A stretch of DNA of 64,000 nucleotides. Origin: a virus. Position 1 is the first letter of the stretch, and each line of letters starts with the position of its first letter. The stretch is from IMG/VR virus record IMGVR_UViG_3300045988_062804, one strand, 5' to 3'. Shown piece by piece: positions 10,838 through 20,903 of the stretch. The translations under genes were made by a program, and so were the position numbers. The notes under the pieces were generated by a model, which searched no databases, was not told the origin of the DNA, and was given only the letters and a program-made list of their open reading frames with translations.

Positions 10838-11165
10838 TGTTCGCTTTCAACGTTTTAAATATTCTCTCGAACTCATCAATGTCAGCCTCACCAAACTTAA
10901 CTGGTTTACCAAATAGCTTAACGACATATCCGTCTTTAGCACGAGTCTTCATAACGTCACGTAGCGCATTTCCAAATAAATCTATGTTTATATTACCACC
11001 CTTATCGAGGAATGGTTCCAAATACATTCCATACTTGTCCTCCATGTTATTAACTACGTAAGTTATGAGAGCATCAGTACCTATTGTGTTTATGCCGAAT
11101 AAGTTACCTACCAAGTTTTTAGTGAATGTGTTTGCTGCTTGAAATATCAATTCCTTGTCACTCAT
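10824..11165 (-). CDS. hypothetical protein
   Basis: 113-aa ORF with overlapping start/stop junctions to its neighbours. Confidence 0.5.
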   Translation of the reverse strand: MSDKELIFQAANTFTKNLVGNLFGINTIGTDALITYVVNNMEDKYGMYLEPFLDKGGNINIDLFGNALRDVMKTRAKDGYVVKLFGKPVKFGEADIDEFERIFKTLKANNGQH

Positions 11166-11614
11166 TATTTAGCTGTTTTATTCATCATGAGTTCATCAAA
11201 TCTCTTCTTCATCTCTGGGTCACTTTCCATTAATTCTAATAATGTGTTAACCTTTTCTTCTTTTGCCTTAATCTGAGATTGTATAAACTCCTTACTCTTT
11301 CTAATAGTAGCTAATAGATTCTCAGCTGCTACTTTACCATCAGGGGAGTTTACATATTCCGCACTAAACTTAGTACCTAAGAATGCCATGAATCCTGCTT
11401 CATAGGTCTGTTTAGCCATTTGATACTCTTGTGTTTTAGCCAATACGTTCTGCTCATCAACAGACAACGACCCAACCTCCCTGTTTATTTCATCAAGGAT
11501 GGGTTGAGTCTTCTGTTGTGCTTGCTGAGCTTGTTGCATTACTTGTAATTGTTGCAGGTACTGGTTCTGTAAGTCAGTATAATTACTGCCAAAAGGTTGT
11601 CCAAATAAGCTCAT
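11165..11614 (-). CDS. hypothetical Q-rich coiled-coil protein
   Basis: 149-aa ORF with a Q-rich N-terminus (LQQLQVMQQAQQAQQ). Confidence 0.5.
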   Translation of the reverse strand: MSLFGQPFGSNYTDLQNQYLQQLQVMQQAQQAQQKTQPILDEINREVGSLSVDEQNVLAKTQEYQMAKQTYEAGFMAFLGTKFSAEYVNSPDGKVAAENLLATIRKSKEFIQSQIKAKEEKVNTLLELMESDPEMKKRFDELMMNKTAK

Positions 11615-11626
11615 GTTATGGGATTA

Positions 11627-12076
11627 TTATGCTGCTGCTGGAATCTGTATCTCGAATACTGAGTATGCACAATTACCTTTAACTGGTAATGATGTTGGTA
11701 ACTCATCTAAGATAGCTTGATTAACAATACTAACTCCGTTAGGAATTATTACATCAATAACCTTATTAACTTCTGGAACAAGTGTAGTTATTGTTTCACT
11801 TGTTGCTGGAGAAGATAGTATAGTTGATGTCTCTTCTGTAGCTAATCTCACATTTCCCTTACAATCAGTGTACTGTATATTATGTATAATATCAAACTTA
11901 GTAACTTGCATGTAAGAAGCTGCACCTGTTGTAGCTGTGTTAATAACCTTAGCCCATCTTTGAGTAATTGTTAATGTAGACACTGGAGCTACAGATGCTC
12001 TTGCTCCGCATGGTAACGATACATTAAATTCAATTAACTGAGCACTTTCTCCTATAGGAGTAATTTTAACTTTCAT
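11627..12076 (-). CDS. hypothetical protein
   Basis: 149-aa ORF. Confidence 0.5.
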   Translation of the reverse strand: MKVKITPIGESAQLIEFNVSLPCGARASVAPVSTLTITQRWAKVINTATTGAASYMQVTKFDIIHNIQYTDCKGNVRLATEETSTILSSPATSETITTLVPEVNKVIDVIIPNGVSIVNQAILDELPTSLPVKGNCAYSVFEIQIPAAA

Positions 12077-12095
12077 AAGTGTTTGTGTTTTAAAT

Positions 12096-12132
12096 ATAAA
12101 AAATAAGGGAGACTATTTGCATAATCTCCCTT
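12096..12132 (-). terminator. rho-independent terminator after gene 12141..13007
   Basis: Hairpin AAGGGAGA / TCTCCCTT followed by a T-run on the minus strand. Confidence 0.6.
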
Positions 12133-12140
12133 TCAATATC

Positions 12141-13007
12141 TTACTGAGCTGTACAAGATGGACAAGCACTGTTGATGGCTGTATTTACTGCATTCCAGTT
12201 AGAAGCAGCTTGACCAGCATACATACCTGTACCATATTGTGTGAATGGACTACAGTATAGTGGAGAAATACTAGGAACTGGAGCACATAGGTCACTATAA
12301 GCATATTTCAGCTGTCCAGTAATCTTGTGGTCTAGTTGTCTCTGTAAATCACCAGCAGCAACTAATAGTTGTTTCTCTGACTTGCAGCAGCAGTTATCTG
12401 AATATCTTTCAGCATTAACCTTGTTAAGTTCGAACATTAGAGGTAGAGCAGCAGCAGTTGCAGCTTCCTTCTTCTCTAACTCAACTAAACGTGTGTTAAG
12501 TCTCTCGAAGATTTCTGACTTCTCTTGTACGTCTTGCTCTCTCCTCTTGTAAAGTTCATCACATAGTCTCATGTTCTGAGCATTATCACGAGTGATTATA
12601 TCAACGTACATTCCACTCTTCTCTTGTAAGTCTTCTACTCTACCCTTCCAGATTTGGTTTGTTAGAACTTGTGTTTCGTTTCCAATTCTTTCGTTAGTAG
12701 CCAAATTCCTACCATTGATGTAAGTGTATAAGTCAATATCATCTTGCATAGACTGTACTCTATTGTTCCAAGCTAGATTCTGAGACATTTGTCCTTGTGC
12801 CATAGCAGTCTGCATAGCCTTCTCAGCTATACAATTACCGTTATTACCTCCAAATAGACCTCCGAGAATACCGTTGTTACCACAGCCATTGTTACCTGTA
12901 AAAGCTCCAAGTGCTGTTCCAATAATACCTAGAGTCAGAGCTGCATTGGTTTTACCTTTCTTACCAAATTTATCCTCTGCCTCTTGCATTGTTAAAAATT
13001 CTGCCAT
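12141..13007 (-). CDS. hypothetical Gly/Asn-rich plus coiled-coil protein
   Basis: 288 aa. It has a G/N-rich hydrophobic N-terminus (GNNGCGNNGILGGLFGGNNGNC), its own promoter box upstream and its own terminator downstream. Confidence 0.55.
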   Translation of the reverse strand: MAEFLTMQEAEDKFGKKGKTNAALTLGIIGTALGAFTGNNGCGNNGILGGLFGGNNGNCIAEKAMQTAMAQGQMSQNLAWNNRVQSMQDDIDLYTYINGRNLATNERIGNETQVLTNQIWKGRVEDLQEKSGMYVDIITRDNAQNMRLCDELYKRREQDVQEKSEIFERLNTRLVELEKKEAATAAALPLMFELNKVNAERYSDNCCCKSEKQLLVAAGDLQRQLDHKITGQLKYAYSDLCAPVPSISPLYCSPFTQYGTGMYAGQAASNWNAVNTAINSACPSCTAQ

Positions 13008-13042
13008 AATTTGTTAAGCGCGCTTCTTTAATTTTCATAGTG

Positions 13043-13050
13043 CAAAGTTA
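13043..13050 (-). promoter_or_regulatory. Bacteroidota-type -7 promoter box (TAACTTTG)
   Basis: The minus-strand sequence TAACTTTG matches the TAnnTTTG consensus. It lies 36 nt upstream of the ATG at 13007, in a 156-bp intergenic gap. Confidence 0.45.
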
Positions 13051-13163
13051 ATGATTCTTAAAGGTCATACCAAAGAAATATTGTTAATCAATGTTAACTA
13101 CAAAATAATTGTATTAAAATATTCAAAAATCATTCCTATGATATAACTAGCTTATATAATTGG

Positions 13164-16100
13164 CTATAGCCATTCAGCAGGTACTAATCTAGATTCTAAT
13201 TGGTCAGCATTGGTGATGTTAGCCTTCTTAACCCCAGTTAAATATCCAGATACTACATTTAATACTGGATAAGATGGTGACGGGAACAGTGGTACAGAAC
13301 CCTTCATCTTGGTGCAGTAATAGAACATATTATTGATACTATTAATATTGTAACAATTACCTAGCAACTCCTCAGAAATTAGTAGTAGACCCCTATCTCC
13401 ACCATCAACATCAAGAACTGCAAACAAGTTTGAAGCATCTGAAATTCTATTATTATTCTTAAATGTGTTTACAAAGTCAAACTGAGGATATACCTCTGCT
13501 GTACCCTGAGCATTATATGCCCTGTTATCGAACTTACAGTTTGACCAACATCCAGAAATTACAGTTAAAAGTGTGTTACTCTCAAACATGTCTGCGTTAA
13601 TATCTACGCCTACAGGGATTGTAGTAGTCATAAAGACGTCCTTTAGGGTAGTTAGAGCTTTACAGTACTTAAACATTCCAGGGGGATACATAATACCTCT
13701 AGTGAATGTAGTGCCCTGCAGACCTACGTAAGCATCAAAGTTAGTATCCTTAAATACCGATTCCATTACTTGAGTGTCAGTTAATGAATCAAACAATTTA
13801 GCTGGAATTCTACCCTGAAGGCCCTCTATTTTGGTCCCTTTTACCACTGACTTATCACCAGTAGATGAGTTAGTCTCTATAACGTTCTCCTTCCATGTCA
13901 ATCCATCAAGCACTCCACTTAATGTACAATCTTTACTACAATATCTAAATAAATCTGTAGGTATCATATAATTCTGCCTTGAATCTATATACCTACCATT
14001 AGCTTCATGCTGCTCAATAGCTAGCTTCTGCTGAGCATCATATTTAAAATATTTTTCAGCTAGTCTAGCCTTTACATCAGCCAGCCCAGGTTCAGAGCTA
14101 CTAGCCCCTTCCCAGCCATAACCGTCCAAGTACCATACGTCAAATGCTTGCTCTCCTGGATTGTAATCCGGACTACTAGAGTCTTCATTCCTATCGTAGT
14201 TATATGATTTCTTTAGATTACTTACATCTAACTTAAATGATACTCTACTTCCAGGTACACTGATTATATGGTCATTCCAAGATGTGGTAGTACCACCCCC
14301 ATGAAGTATGATACTAGTGTCCACAGTTCTAGTAATATCATAGCCTAAACACCAACAACCTGCAAATACACTAGTCATTTTAGTTATAGTTCTATTAATA
14401 GACTTAGTGCCATCAGCATTAGTCTTAGACATAAAGAACAATCTGTATGGTATAGTACCAAATAATCCACTATTTTCGAATGCGGATGATACATCAGTTA
14501 GATTACAGTTCTTAAAACCTTCTCCAACTAATTTTATCTTTAAATTATGACAGTCCTTAAACAACCCTCTGATAATTTGTAGATTACTACAATCATCAAA
14601 CATTCCAGCTGGTGGAAATATGTATTCTTCCTTATTGTTATCTAAGTTTTCTATTCCACTAAAGAAGGCTTCTACGCTAGTCATTCTAACACATCCCTTG
14701 AATATATCTACTGGTATCTTTTGGGCAGCTGTAGTAGCTAAGCATAGAGTTCCCTTAAATATACCTATAGCTTGAAGTAAGGTCCCTCCGAGCCTTGTTA
14801 GACATCTACCCATAGTAGACAAATCTATCATTAGTTCTTTAGTTCCACCGCTGCCATCGAAAGGATATTGTATAGAACTAAAATCGGGAATATGATAGGT
14901 GTTAGAATTACTAACTACTGTGTCAGTAATCCCTCCAAATACATTAGGTTTTAATTCCCCTACCAGACTTACTCCACTATATACAGTATTATCTAATACC
15001 ATAGCCCTAACTGGTTTATCAAGAACATGGAACAATAAACTAGTCTCCCCCACGTTATCTATCTTCATTCTAACTTTACCACACCCCATAAACATACCCT
15101 TGGGGTAAGTTGCCACAAGGTTTCTAAGATTGGTAAAGAATGTTTCAGAACTTAAAGTGCCCTCCCTTATAACTGACGCTCTTGTATCCTCACATGTTTT
15201 AAGTTGCGTACAATTTCTAAACATGTAATCTACTTTTGCAAGTGTAGAATACGAAGTGGTACCATTGTATACTATAGGTGCAAAGGCATTGTTATCTATC
15301 CACTCCACCCCTGTTGAGTCAAATGCACCTTCCGCGTCAGTTACAGTTGGTATAAAGTCTAAAATACCCCAAGTAGAATCTTTAGTAGGACTATAGTCAG
15401 CCGTTCTCGAATAGAATATACCATTTAACTGAGTTTGAGTAAATATCTCTCTAATACTAGTAACCCTTGGACAATACCTAAATATGTCATACCACAGTAC
15501 ACCGTTTATACCTACACATCCCCTAAACATTCCCTCCAATGAGGCTAAATGAGGTGTTAGTCTAACCATCAAATACTTAAAGTCATCGTAGGACAGCATA
15601 CTACAGTTTTCAAAACAATAGTAACCATCTAACATGGTATCACTAAACGATATATTAGTCACATTATCTCCCTCTAAGAATACATCGGTGCCATACATAT
15701 TATACGTGGCTCGGTCATTCATGAAAAACATGTTACATCCTCTGAACGTCTCTCCTCCTAATAGAACTAAGTGACCATATACTCTTGATAATGTGGTACA
15801 ATCTCTAAACGCCCCAGATGGCAGTTCAATAGGATTGTTCTTATTGTTAGTACACTTAATGGCTTTAAGTTCCTTACAGCTAGCAGCTTGTATAGAACCC
15901 AAGTCTGGGAAATTAGATAAATTTAAGTAGTCAAATTCACTATCATTATACTTCAATGTTTTTATACTAGTCCTACTTATATTAAGTCTTTTTAGACTAG
16001 TAAAGTAAGGTTGTCCATTTACAAACAGTGAAGGTAGTACAATATCTGTAGACTTAGTGTTACTCAAGTCTAAATCTTCTAGGTTCCACGCCCCAGTCAG

Positions 16101-19100
16101 CTCTAGCTTTAGGCTTGGATTATTCTGCCCAGATACACTAAATACCTTTAATCCAGGACAGTTATCTATAAGAACATGTGCTAATGGACTTACTGAGTTG
16201 TTTATTGATACATAATCAATACTTAAGTTAGACATAGACGTACAATTTCTAATAGTTATGGACTGCACATTAACTGGAATTGCCAATGTCTTCAGGGCTG
16301 GGCAGTTATCAATAACAATTTTAGTTAACTTGTCACAGTTATCAATTAGCAGTGTTTCTAAGAATGATTGATTAGCTAAGTTTAAAGAGGTGATATTAGT
16401 ACCACTAAGGTTGTACTTCTTTAATACAGCTGAATCAGGTAGAGTCACCTTTGTAATTGTAGAATATGATATGTCAAGTTCTTGTATCTTCTCACACCCA
16501 CTTAAGTCTAATGTGTATGCTGAAGCAGTAGAACCAATGAGTTTAACTCTACTTAGATTTAACTTCTTAATGTTCTTTAAACCTATATCGTTAGCCTTAT
16601 TATATACTCCACCCTGGAAGAAGAAGGCAGCATCCACATTACTTAGTCCACTTAAATCTAACTCTTGTAACATAGGTAGATTAATATTATCCAAACCTGT
16701 CCAAGGATAACTCTTAAACTTAGTAAAATCAGTAATGTACTTGTTAGCATACATATATACTACTGTTTCACCAGTAGGCATAGGTAGTATAACTGGTGTT
16801 GGAGTGTCCGTAATCCAGAATGCACCAGTAGTCTTATCATGTGAATAGTGATAAAGTATTTGACTACTTGCAGTAATATCAGTACTGAATCTAACTTCAG
16901 TAGCAGAACCAGTGGCTTTGTTAGAAGCCCATAGACCAGTAATGGGTGATTCAATAGTAGTAGGTAATAGGTTAGTATTATCCTTGTAACCATATACTCC
17001 GTCTAAGAACATGATTCTCTTTCTGAACCAATCCTTAACGTGCATCACACGATTACCATGTAAGAACTTCAGCTGACTAAAGTCTGTACTATCTTCATAC
17101 TTACCAGTATTTGGGTCATATGTCTTAGATATAGCAAGATACTTAATCTTATAGTCATAGTTGAACATGATAGAACCTGTCTTCTCGGTATATGACTGAT
17201 AGTAATCCTTAATGAATTTATCAGGGTCAGGGAATAAGTTAGTTCTTAGATTCACGTATAATGATTCTAGGCTAGTTCTACTCTCCGTACTACCACTGTC
17301 TATGCCAGCTAAGTTTTCAAGTACTTCCCATATTCTATTCCACCATGAAGCAAAGTATTGCTTATAACTATCAGTAGACACATAGTTCTTCTCTTGAGTA
17401 TACTGAGTAATACCAGTATCTTGTGAAGCAATGTTATACCATCTATGTAAGTGTGCCCAATATTCTACAATATCCTGTCCAGCATTGTTAAGTCCGAATG
17501 CTGTATCCATATCATAGAAGCAACAATACCACACGTCAGTACCCCAACTACGAATAGTTAAGTTCTTACACATGGAGTCCACACAACCAAATAGTAATGC
17601 AATCATAAAGTAAGCACAAGCATTATCCCAGTTTAGATGCTGGTCACAAGCACTAAAGTTATAATAAGCATTCTTATCCAAATCATAGAACTCTCCAGGA
17701 ATAGGTTTAGTTGGAGTTTGTCCAGCATCATCCATTGTATATTTCTGGATACGAGTAAGAGCCATATTAGCCATTTGGTTATAAAACTTCTGTACTTGAT
17801 TATATCCGATTGCCTCATCCCTAGATGTGTACATTACATCACCCATAAACTGTACAATCTTCATATCATCCTGTTGGAATGCACCTTGAGCAGAAGAGTT
17901 CTGGTTTATTTCAATAGAGTATACTCCATTGCTAACACCAGTATTCCACTTACTAGCATCTTCCGTATAATCAGTTACTAATGTTGGTCCGTCTTGGTTT
18001 ACCTTAGTATAATCAAGAAGCAATTTTAATCCAAGATTAAAGAAAGCATATCTACCTAGATTGAAGTTGTAGATACCACAGAATTTAGGCTGCTTGATAA
18101 TACCATCAGCATCAGGAGCATATCTGATGAATAGTAACACTGGGAAGCCTTCAGAAGTATGTTTAATTTTACCTCTAATAGCATTAGCCTTATCAGCATC
18201 ACCTCCCCAAACATCATTACCTAATGACATAGGTGGTGTAGCACTAAATGGAGTAATAGATTGTCCAGAAGAGTTCTTAGCCCTACCATTAACAATCTGA
18301 CCAATTACTACGTTATTAACGTGAGCAGAGTCCACTACGTCAGCCTTTAATGTAAATTCGTTCTCTGGCAACCAATCATCAGTAGGTTGGAATAACATCT
18401 TCTTACCAGTCTGGTCTACATCTCCCATATAAATCTCAAAGTTCTTAGCGTTATAAGATAGAGAAGATGTACCCTGTAGACCAATAGTAACACCATTACC
18501 TTCAGATACACCACTGGGAGTACTAATAACTACCTTACCTTTACTATCTTGATAAGTGATTTTAACTGGGAACTTAGTACCCATTACTTCTACCTTGTCA
18601 GATGCAGAGAAGATAGCTGTTGAGTATGGTTCAAATAATGTTGGACTATTAGATGTTTCTTCTACTAATACAATGGGGTATGGAGTATTAATCTCCATTT
18701 GTTCTACAAGTTTTGAGTATAACAACTCACCAGTTAGAAATCCTCCTTTGCCACCATCTAGTGTCTTATCCCAAATTAAACAGTTGCCTGCACTATCGAA
18801 TAGGTTCTTAGTTCTTAACTCAGCATCTAATGATGCGTCAATCTGACCTCTTACAAGCCTTGCTTGTTCAGTAGCAGATATGTAGTTTTGAACAATAGCA
18901 TATTCACTCTGTGAAGATGTATAAATCTTAATATCGTAGATATTGACATCGGAGAATCTACTTCTTACTCCGTTATCATTTCTACATCCGAAATAGAAGT
19001 CAGTACCAAACATCCAGTCAATGTCAGATTGGAGTACTCTACTTACAGCAGATAGTACACCATTAACATAGATTTTAAAGTACCAAGCATTTCCAGACAG

Positions 19101-20903
19101 TAATGATACATCTAGGTCTACAGTAAGTAGTTCATTCTGTGGTAACTTAACTGTAAGGGTATCAGCAGAACCAATCTTACATACAGCCTTCTCTAGTGTT
19201 ACTTCATAACCTGTCTTTAGTTCTCCATCCTCATACTGACCTATACCACATACTACTTCCTCTGGATAAGAAGAAGCATCTGCCTTATATGTACATGAGA
19301 TATGGAATCCCATAGGTTGGAAGAATGATACACCAGCACTAACATCAACAGCGGGGAACATTTGGTCAGCTACTTCGAGATAACCATAGGCTTCACCACT
19401 CAACCTTGTTGCAGGTATTTGATTTACACCATCACTATCTTGTAAGAAACCACTAGTCTTACCATTTACACCTTTCAGAGTAAAGTTTACACCATCTTGG
19501 AACTTAGATGCAAATGCACCCTCATAGATAAACTCTCCACCACTCTTGATAGGATAGTTCCAAGTACCAGTAGCTGTATTGGGAAATCCCGTAATTTTAC
19601 TGAAGTATGCCAGCAATGTGTGCATATCATTATTAGCATATAACTCTGTACTTACACTCTCTACTATTCTACAAGTAACTGTCTTAGTATACTGGGCAGA
19701 AGTATCACCAGGGTCATTTACTGCATATCCAAATAGAGTAATTCTTAAATACTCGTCAGCCTTATTAACAGATAAGTTTACTGTACTATATACGAACCTA
19801 TTAGTTTCACTCTTATTGATGTTCTTAATTGTACCTATATCAAGTAATGACACTTCACCACTTCCATTCATTAAATGGATTTTATAATCCATATTGAATG
19901 TACTATACTTACTAAGACCATAACTAAAGTAATAGCTAAATCCTAATTGAGAACCCTGACCATACTGAGTTAAATCCTCAATAGTTTCACCAGGATTAGA
20001 AGAAGGAGTAAACTCTGTAATATCCTCAGTTACAATAACTAGGTTATTGCTGTCTGCCACAGTAACATCGAACTTAATTTGCTCAGATGATAATATCTCA
20101 CCATTAAGAGTAGTACTAGCTTGTGCTACAAAGTAGAATCTCTGTCCAGCCTTAGGATTGAAATGCTCGCTCTCAAATAATAACTTACGAGCATCATAAC
20201 TTAATGCACGAATAGCTGTAGTAATGTTACTCACTCTGGCGACTTCAATGCCATTGATAGTCATCCAGAACTCTGCTGGACTTTGCAAGATATTATTAGT
20301 TACTGTATAGTTAAGAGACACTTCTGCAACACCACCCATGTACATAGTTTTAGGTGGTATAGATTGAATCTCCAAAGAGATAGCTCCAGCTACAATCTTA
20401 ACATAGGTAGGAGTAGCATAGGTGTTCTCACTATCATAAGCGGATAGTTCCACGTCAGTAGTTCCAGATAATCCAGTAATGGTAATATCTGTCCTTGCCA
20501 TAGAATACTTCTTCCATGTTCCTAATGTTCTATTAGTAGCTAAATCTTTAGCAATTACAGTGAATGACTTTTTAACACCGCCACTCTTAATTAAGATATT
20601 AAGTGTAACAGTATTAGTAGCTGTATAGACTGTGCTACCCTCAGCTACATCAATAGTATATTCGGAGCCGTCACCACCGCCACCACCGCCACCACCTCCG
20701 ATTGCACCATTAAGGTACACCCAGGCTAGGTTTTGTTCTAACTTAGTCATTCTATTATCTAGCTTTGTAAAGCCATTGTCAATAGAAACTGATTCCCCAG
20801 CTTCATTTAAGAAGCCAGGGTTTGTCAGTTCCAATTCTGAAGCATTAGAAGCACCGTCGATTACCCATCTTCCAGTTACTTCATCATAATGTTTTATTTT
20901 CAT
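13164..20903 (-). CDS. giant (2579 aa) multidomain virion protein: N-terminal domain plus poly-Gly linker, LamG-like, CotH-like, BspA-type leucine-rich repeats
   Basis: Uninterrupted 7.7-kb ORF. It has a G9 linker near residue 70 and a LamG-like stretch (NAWYFKIYVNGV...FYFGCRNDNG...VNIYDIKIY). The CotH-like motif is WYCCFYDMDTAFG. Classical LRRs are present (LDLSG..LNLSR..LDISYS..). The C-terminal ~1200 aa carry many F-x-x-C-x-x-L repeats (FRDCTTL, FENCSML, MFRNCTQL, FKDCHNL, MFKYCKAL). Confidence 0.6.
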   Translation of the reverse strand: MKIKHYDEVTGRWVIDGASNASELELTNPGFLNEAGESVSIDNGFTKLDNRMTKLEQNLAWVYLNGAIGGGGGGGGGDGSEYTIDVAEGSTVYTATNTVTLNILIKSGGVKKSFTVIAKDLATNRTLGTWKKYSMARTDITITGLSGTTDVELSAYDSENTYATPTYVKIVAGAISLEIQSIPPKTMYMGGVAEVSLNYTVTNNILQSPAEFWMTINGIEVARVSNITTAIRALSYDARKLLFESEHFNPKAGQRFYFVAQASTTLNGEILSSEQIKFDVTVADSNNLVIVTEDITEFTPSSNPGETIEDLTQYGQGSQLGFSYYFSYGLSKYSTFNMDYKIHLMNGSGEVSLLDIGTIKNINKSETNRFVYSTVNLSVNKADEYLRITLFGYAVNDPGDTSAQYTKTVTCRIVESVSTELYANNDMHTLLAYFSKITGFPNTATGTWNYPIKSGGEFIYEGAFASKFQDGVNFTLKGVNGKTSGFLQDSDGVNQIPATRLSGEAYGYLEVADQMFPAVDVSAGVSFFQPMGFHISCTYKADASSYPEEVVCGIGQYEDGELKTGYEVTLEKAVCKIGSADTLTVKLPQNELLTVDLDVSLLSGNAWYFKIYVNGVLSAVSRVLQSDIDWMFGTDFYFGCRNDNGVRSRFSDVNIYDIKIYTSSQSEYAIVQNYISATEQARLVRGQIDASLDAELRTKNLFDSAGNCLIWDKTLDGGKGGFLTGELLYSKLVEQMEINTPYPIVLVEETSNSPTLFEPYSTAIFSASDKVEVMGTKFPVKITYQDSKGKVVISTPSGVSEGNGVTIGLQGTSSLSYNAKNFEIYMGDVDQTGKKMLFQPTDDWLPENEFTLKADVVDSAHVNNVVIGQIVNGRAKNSSGQSITPFSATPPMSLGNDVWGGDADKANAIRGKIKHTSEGFPVLLFIRYAPDADGIIKQPKFCGIYNFNLGRYAFFNLGLKLLLDYTKVNQDGPTLVTDYTEDASKWNTGVSNGVYSIEINQNSSAQGAFQQDDMKIVQFMGDVMYTSRDEAIGYNQVQKFYNQMANMALTRIQKYTMDDAGQTPTKPIPGEFYDLDKNAYYNFSACDQHLNWDNACAYFMIALLFGCVDSMCKNLTIRSWGTDVWYCCFYDMDTAFGLNNAGQDIVEYWAHLHRWYNIASQDTGITQYTQEKNYVSTDSYKQYFASWWNRIWEVLENLAGIDSGSTESRTSLESLYVNLRTNLFPDPDKFIKDYYQSYTEKTGSIMFNYDYKIKYLAISKTYDPNTGKYEDSTDFSQLKFLHGNRVMHVKDWFRKRIMFLDGVYGYKDNTNLLPTTIESPITGLWASNKATGSATEVRFSTDITASSQILYHYSHDKTTGAFWITDTPTPVILPMPTGETVVYMYANKYITDFTKFKSYPWTGLDNINLPMLQELDLSGLSNVDAAFFFQGGVYNKANDIGLKNIKKLNLSRVKLIGSTASAYTLDLSGCEKIQELDISYSTITKVTLPDSAVLKKYNLSGTNITSLNLANQSFLETLLIDNCDKLTKIVIDNCPALKTLAIPVNVQSITIRNCTSMSNLSIDYVSINNSVSPLAHVLIDNCPGLKVFSVSGQNNPSLKLELTGAWNLEDLDLSNTKSTDIVLPSLFVNGQPYFTSLKRLNISRTSIKTLKYNDSEFDYLNLSNFPDLGSIQAASCKELKAIKCTNNKNNPIELPSGAFRDCTTLSRVYGHLVLLGGETFRGCNMFFMNDRATYNMYGTDVFLEGDNVTNISFSDTMLDGYYCFENCSMLSYDDFKYLMVRLTPHLASLEGMFRGCVGINGVLWYDIFRYCPRVTSIREIFTQTQLNGIFYSRTADYSPTKDSTWGILDFIPTVTDAEGAFDSTGVEWIDNNAFAPIVYNGTTSYSTLAKVDYMFRNCTQLKTCEDTRASVIREGTLSSETFFTNLRNLVATYPKGMFMGCGKVRMKIDNVGETSLLFHVLDKPVRAMVLDNTVYSGVSLVGELKPNVFGGITDTVVSNSNTYHIPDFSSIQYPFDGSGGTKELMIDLSTMGRCLTRLGGTLLQAIGIFKGTLCLATTAAQKIPVDIFKGCVRMTSVEAFFSGIENLDNNKEEYIFPPAGMFDDCSNLQIIRGLFKDCHNLKIKLVGEGFKNCNLTDVSSAFENSGLFGTIPYRLFFMSKTNADGTKSINRTITKMTSVFAGCWCLGYDITRTVDTSIILHGGGTTTSWNDHIISVPGSRVSFKLDVSNLKKSYNYDRNEDSSSPDYNPGEQAFDVWYLDGYGWEGASSSEPGLADVKARLAEKYFKYDAQQKLAIEQHEANGRYIDSRQNYMIPTDLFRYCSKDCTLSGVLDGLTWKENVIETNSSTGDKSVVKGTKIEGLQGRIPAKLFDSLTDTQVMESVFKDTNFDAYVGLQGTTFTRGIMYPPGMFKYCKALTTLKDVFMTTTIPVGVDINADMFESNTLLTVISGCWSNCKFDNRAYNAQGTAEVYPQFDFVNTFKNNNRISDASNLFAVLDVDGGDRGLLLISEELLGNCYNINSINNMFYYCTKMKGSVPLFPSPSYPVLNVVSGYLTGVKKANITNADQLESRLVPAEWL

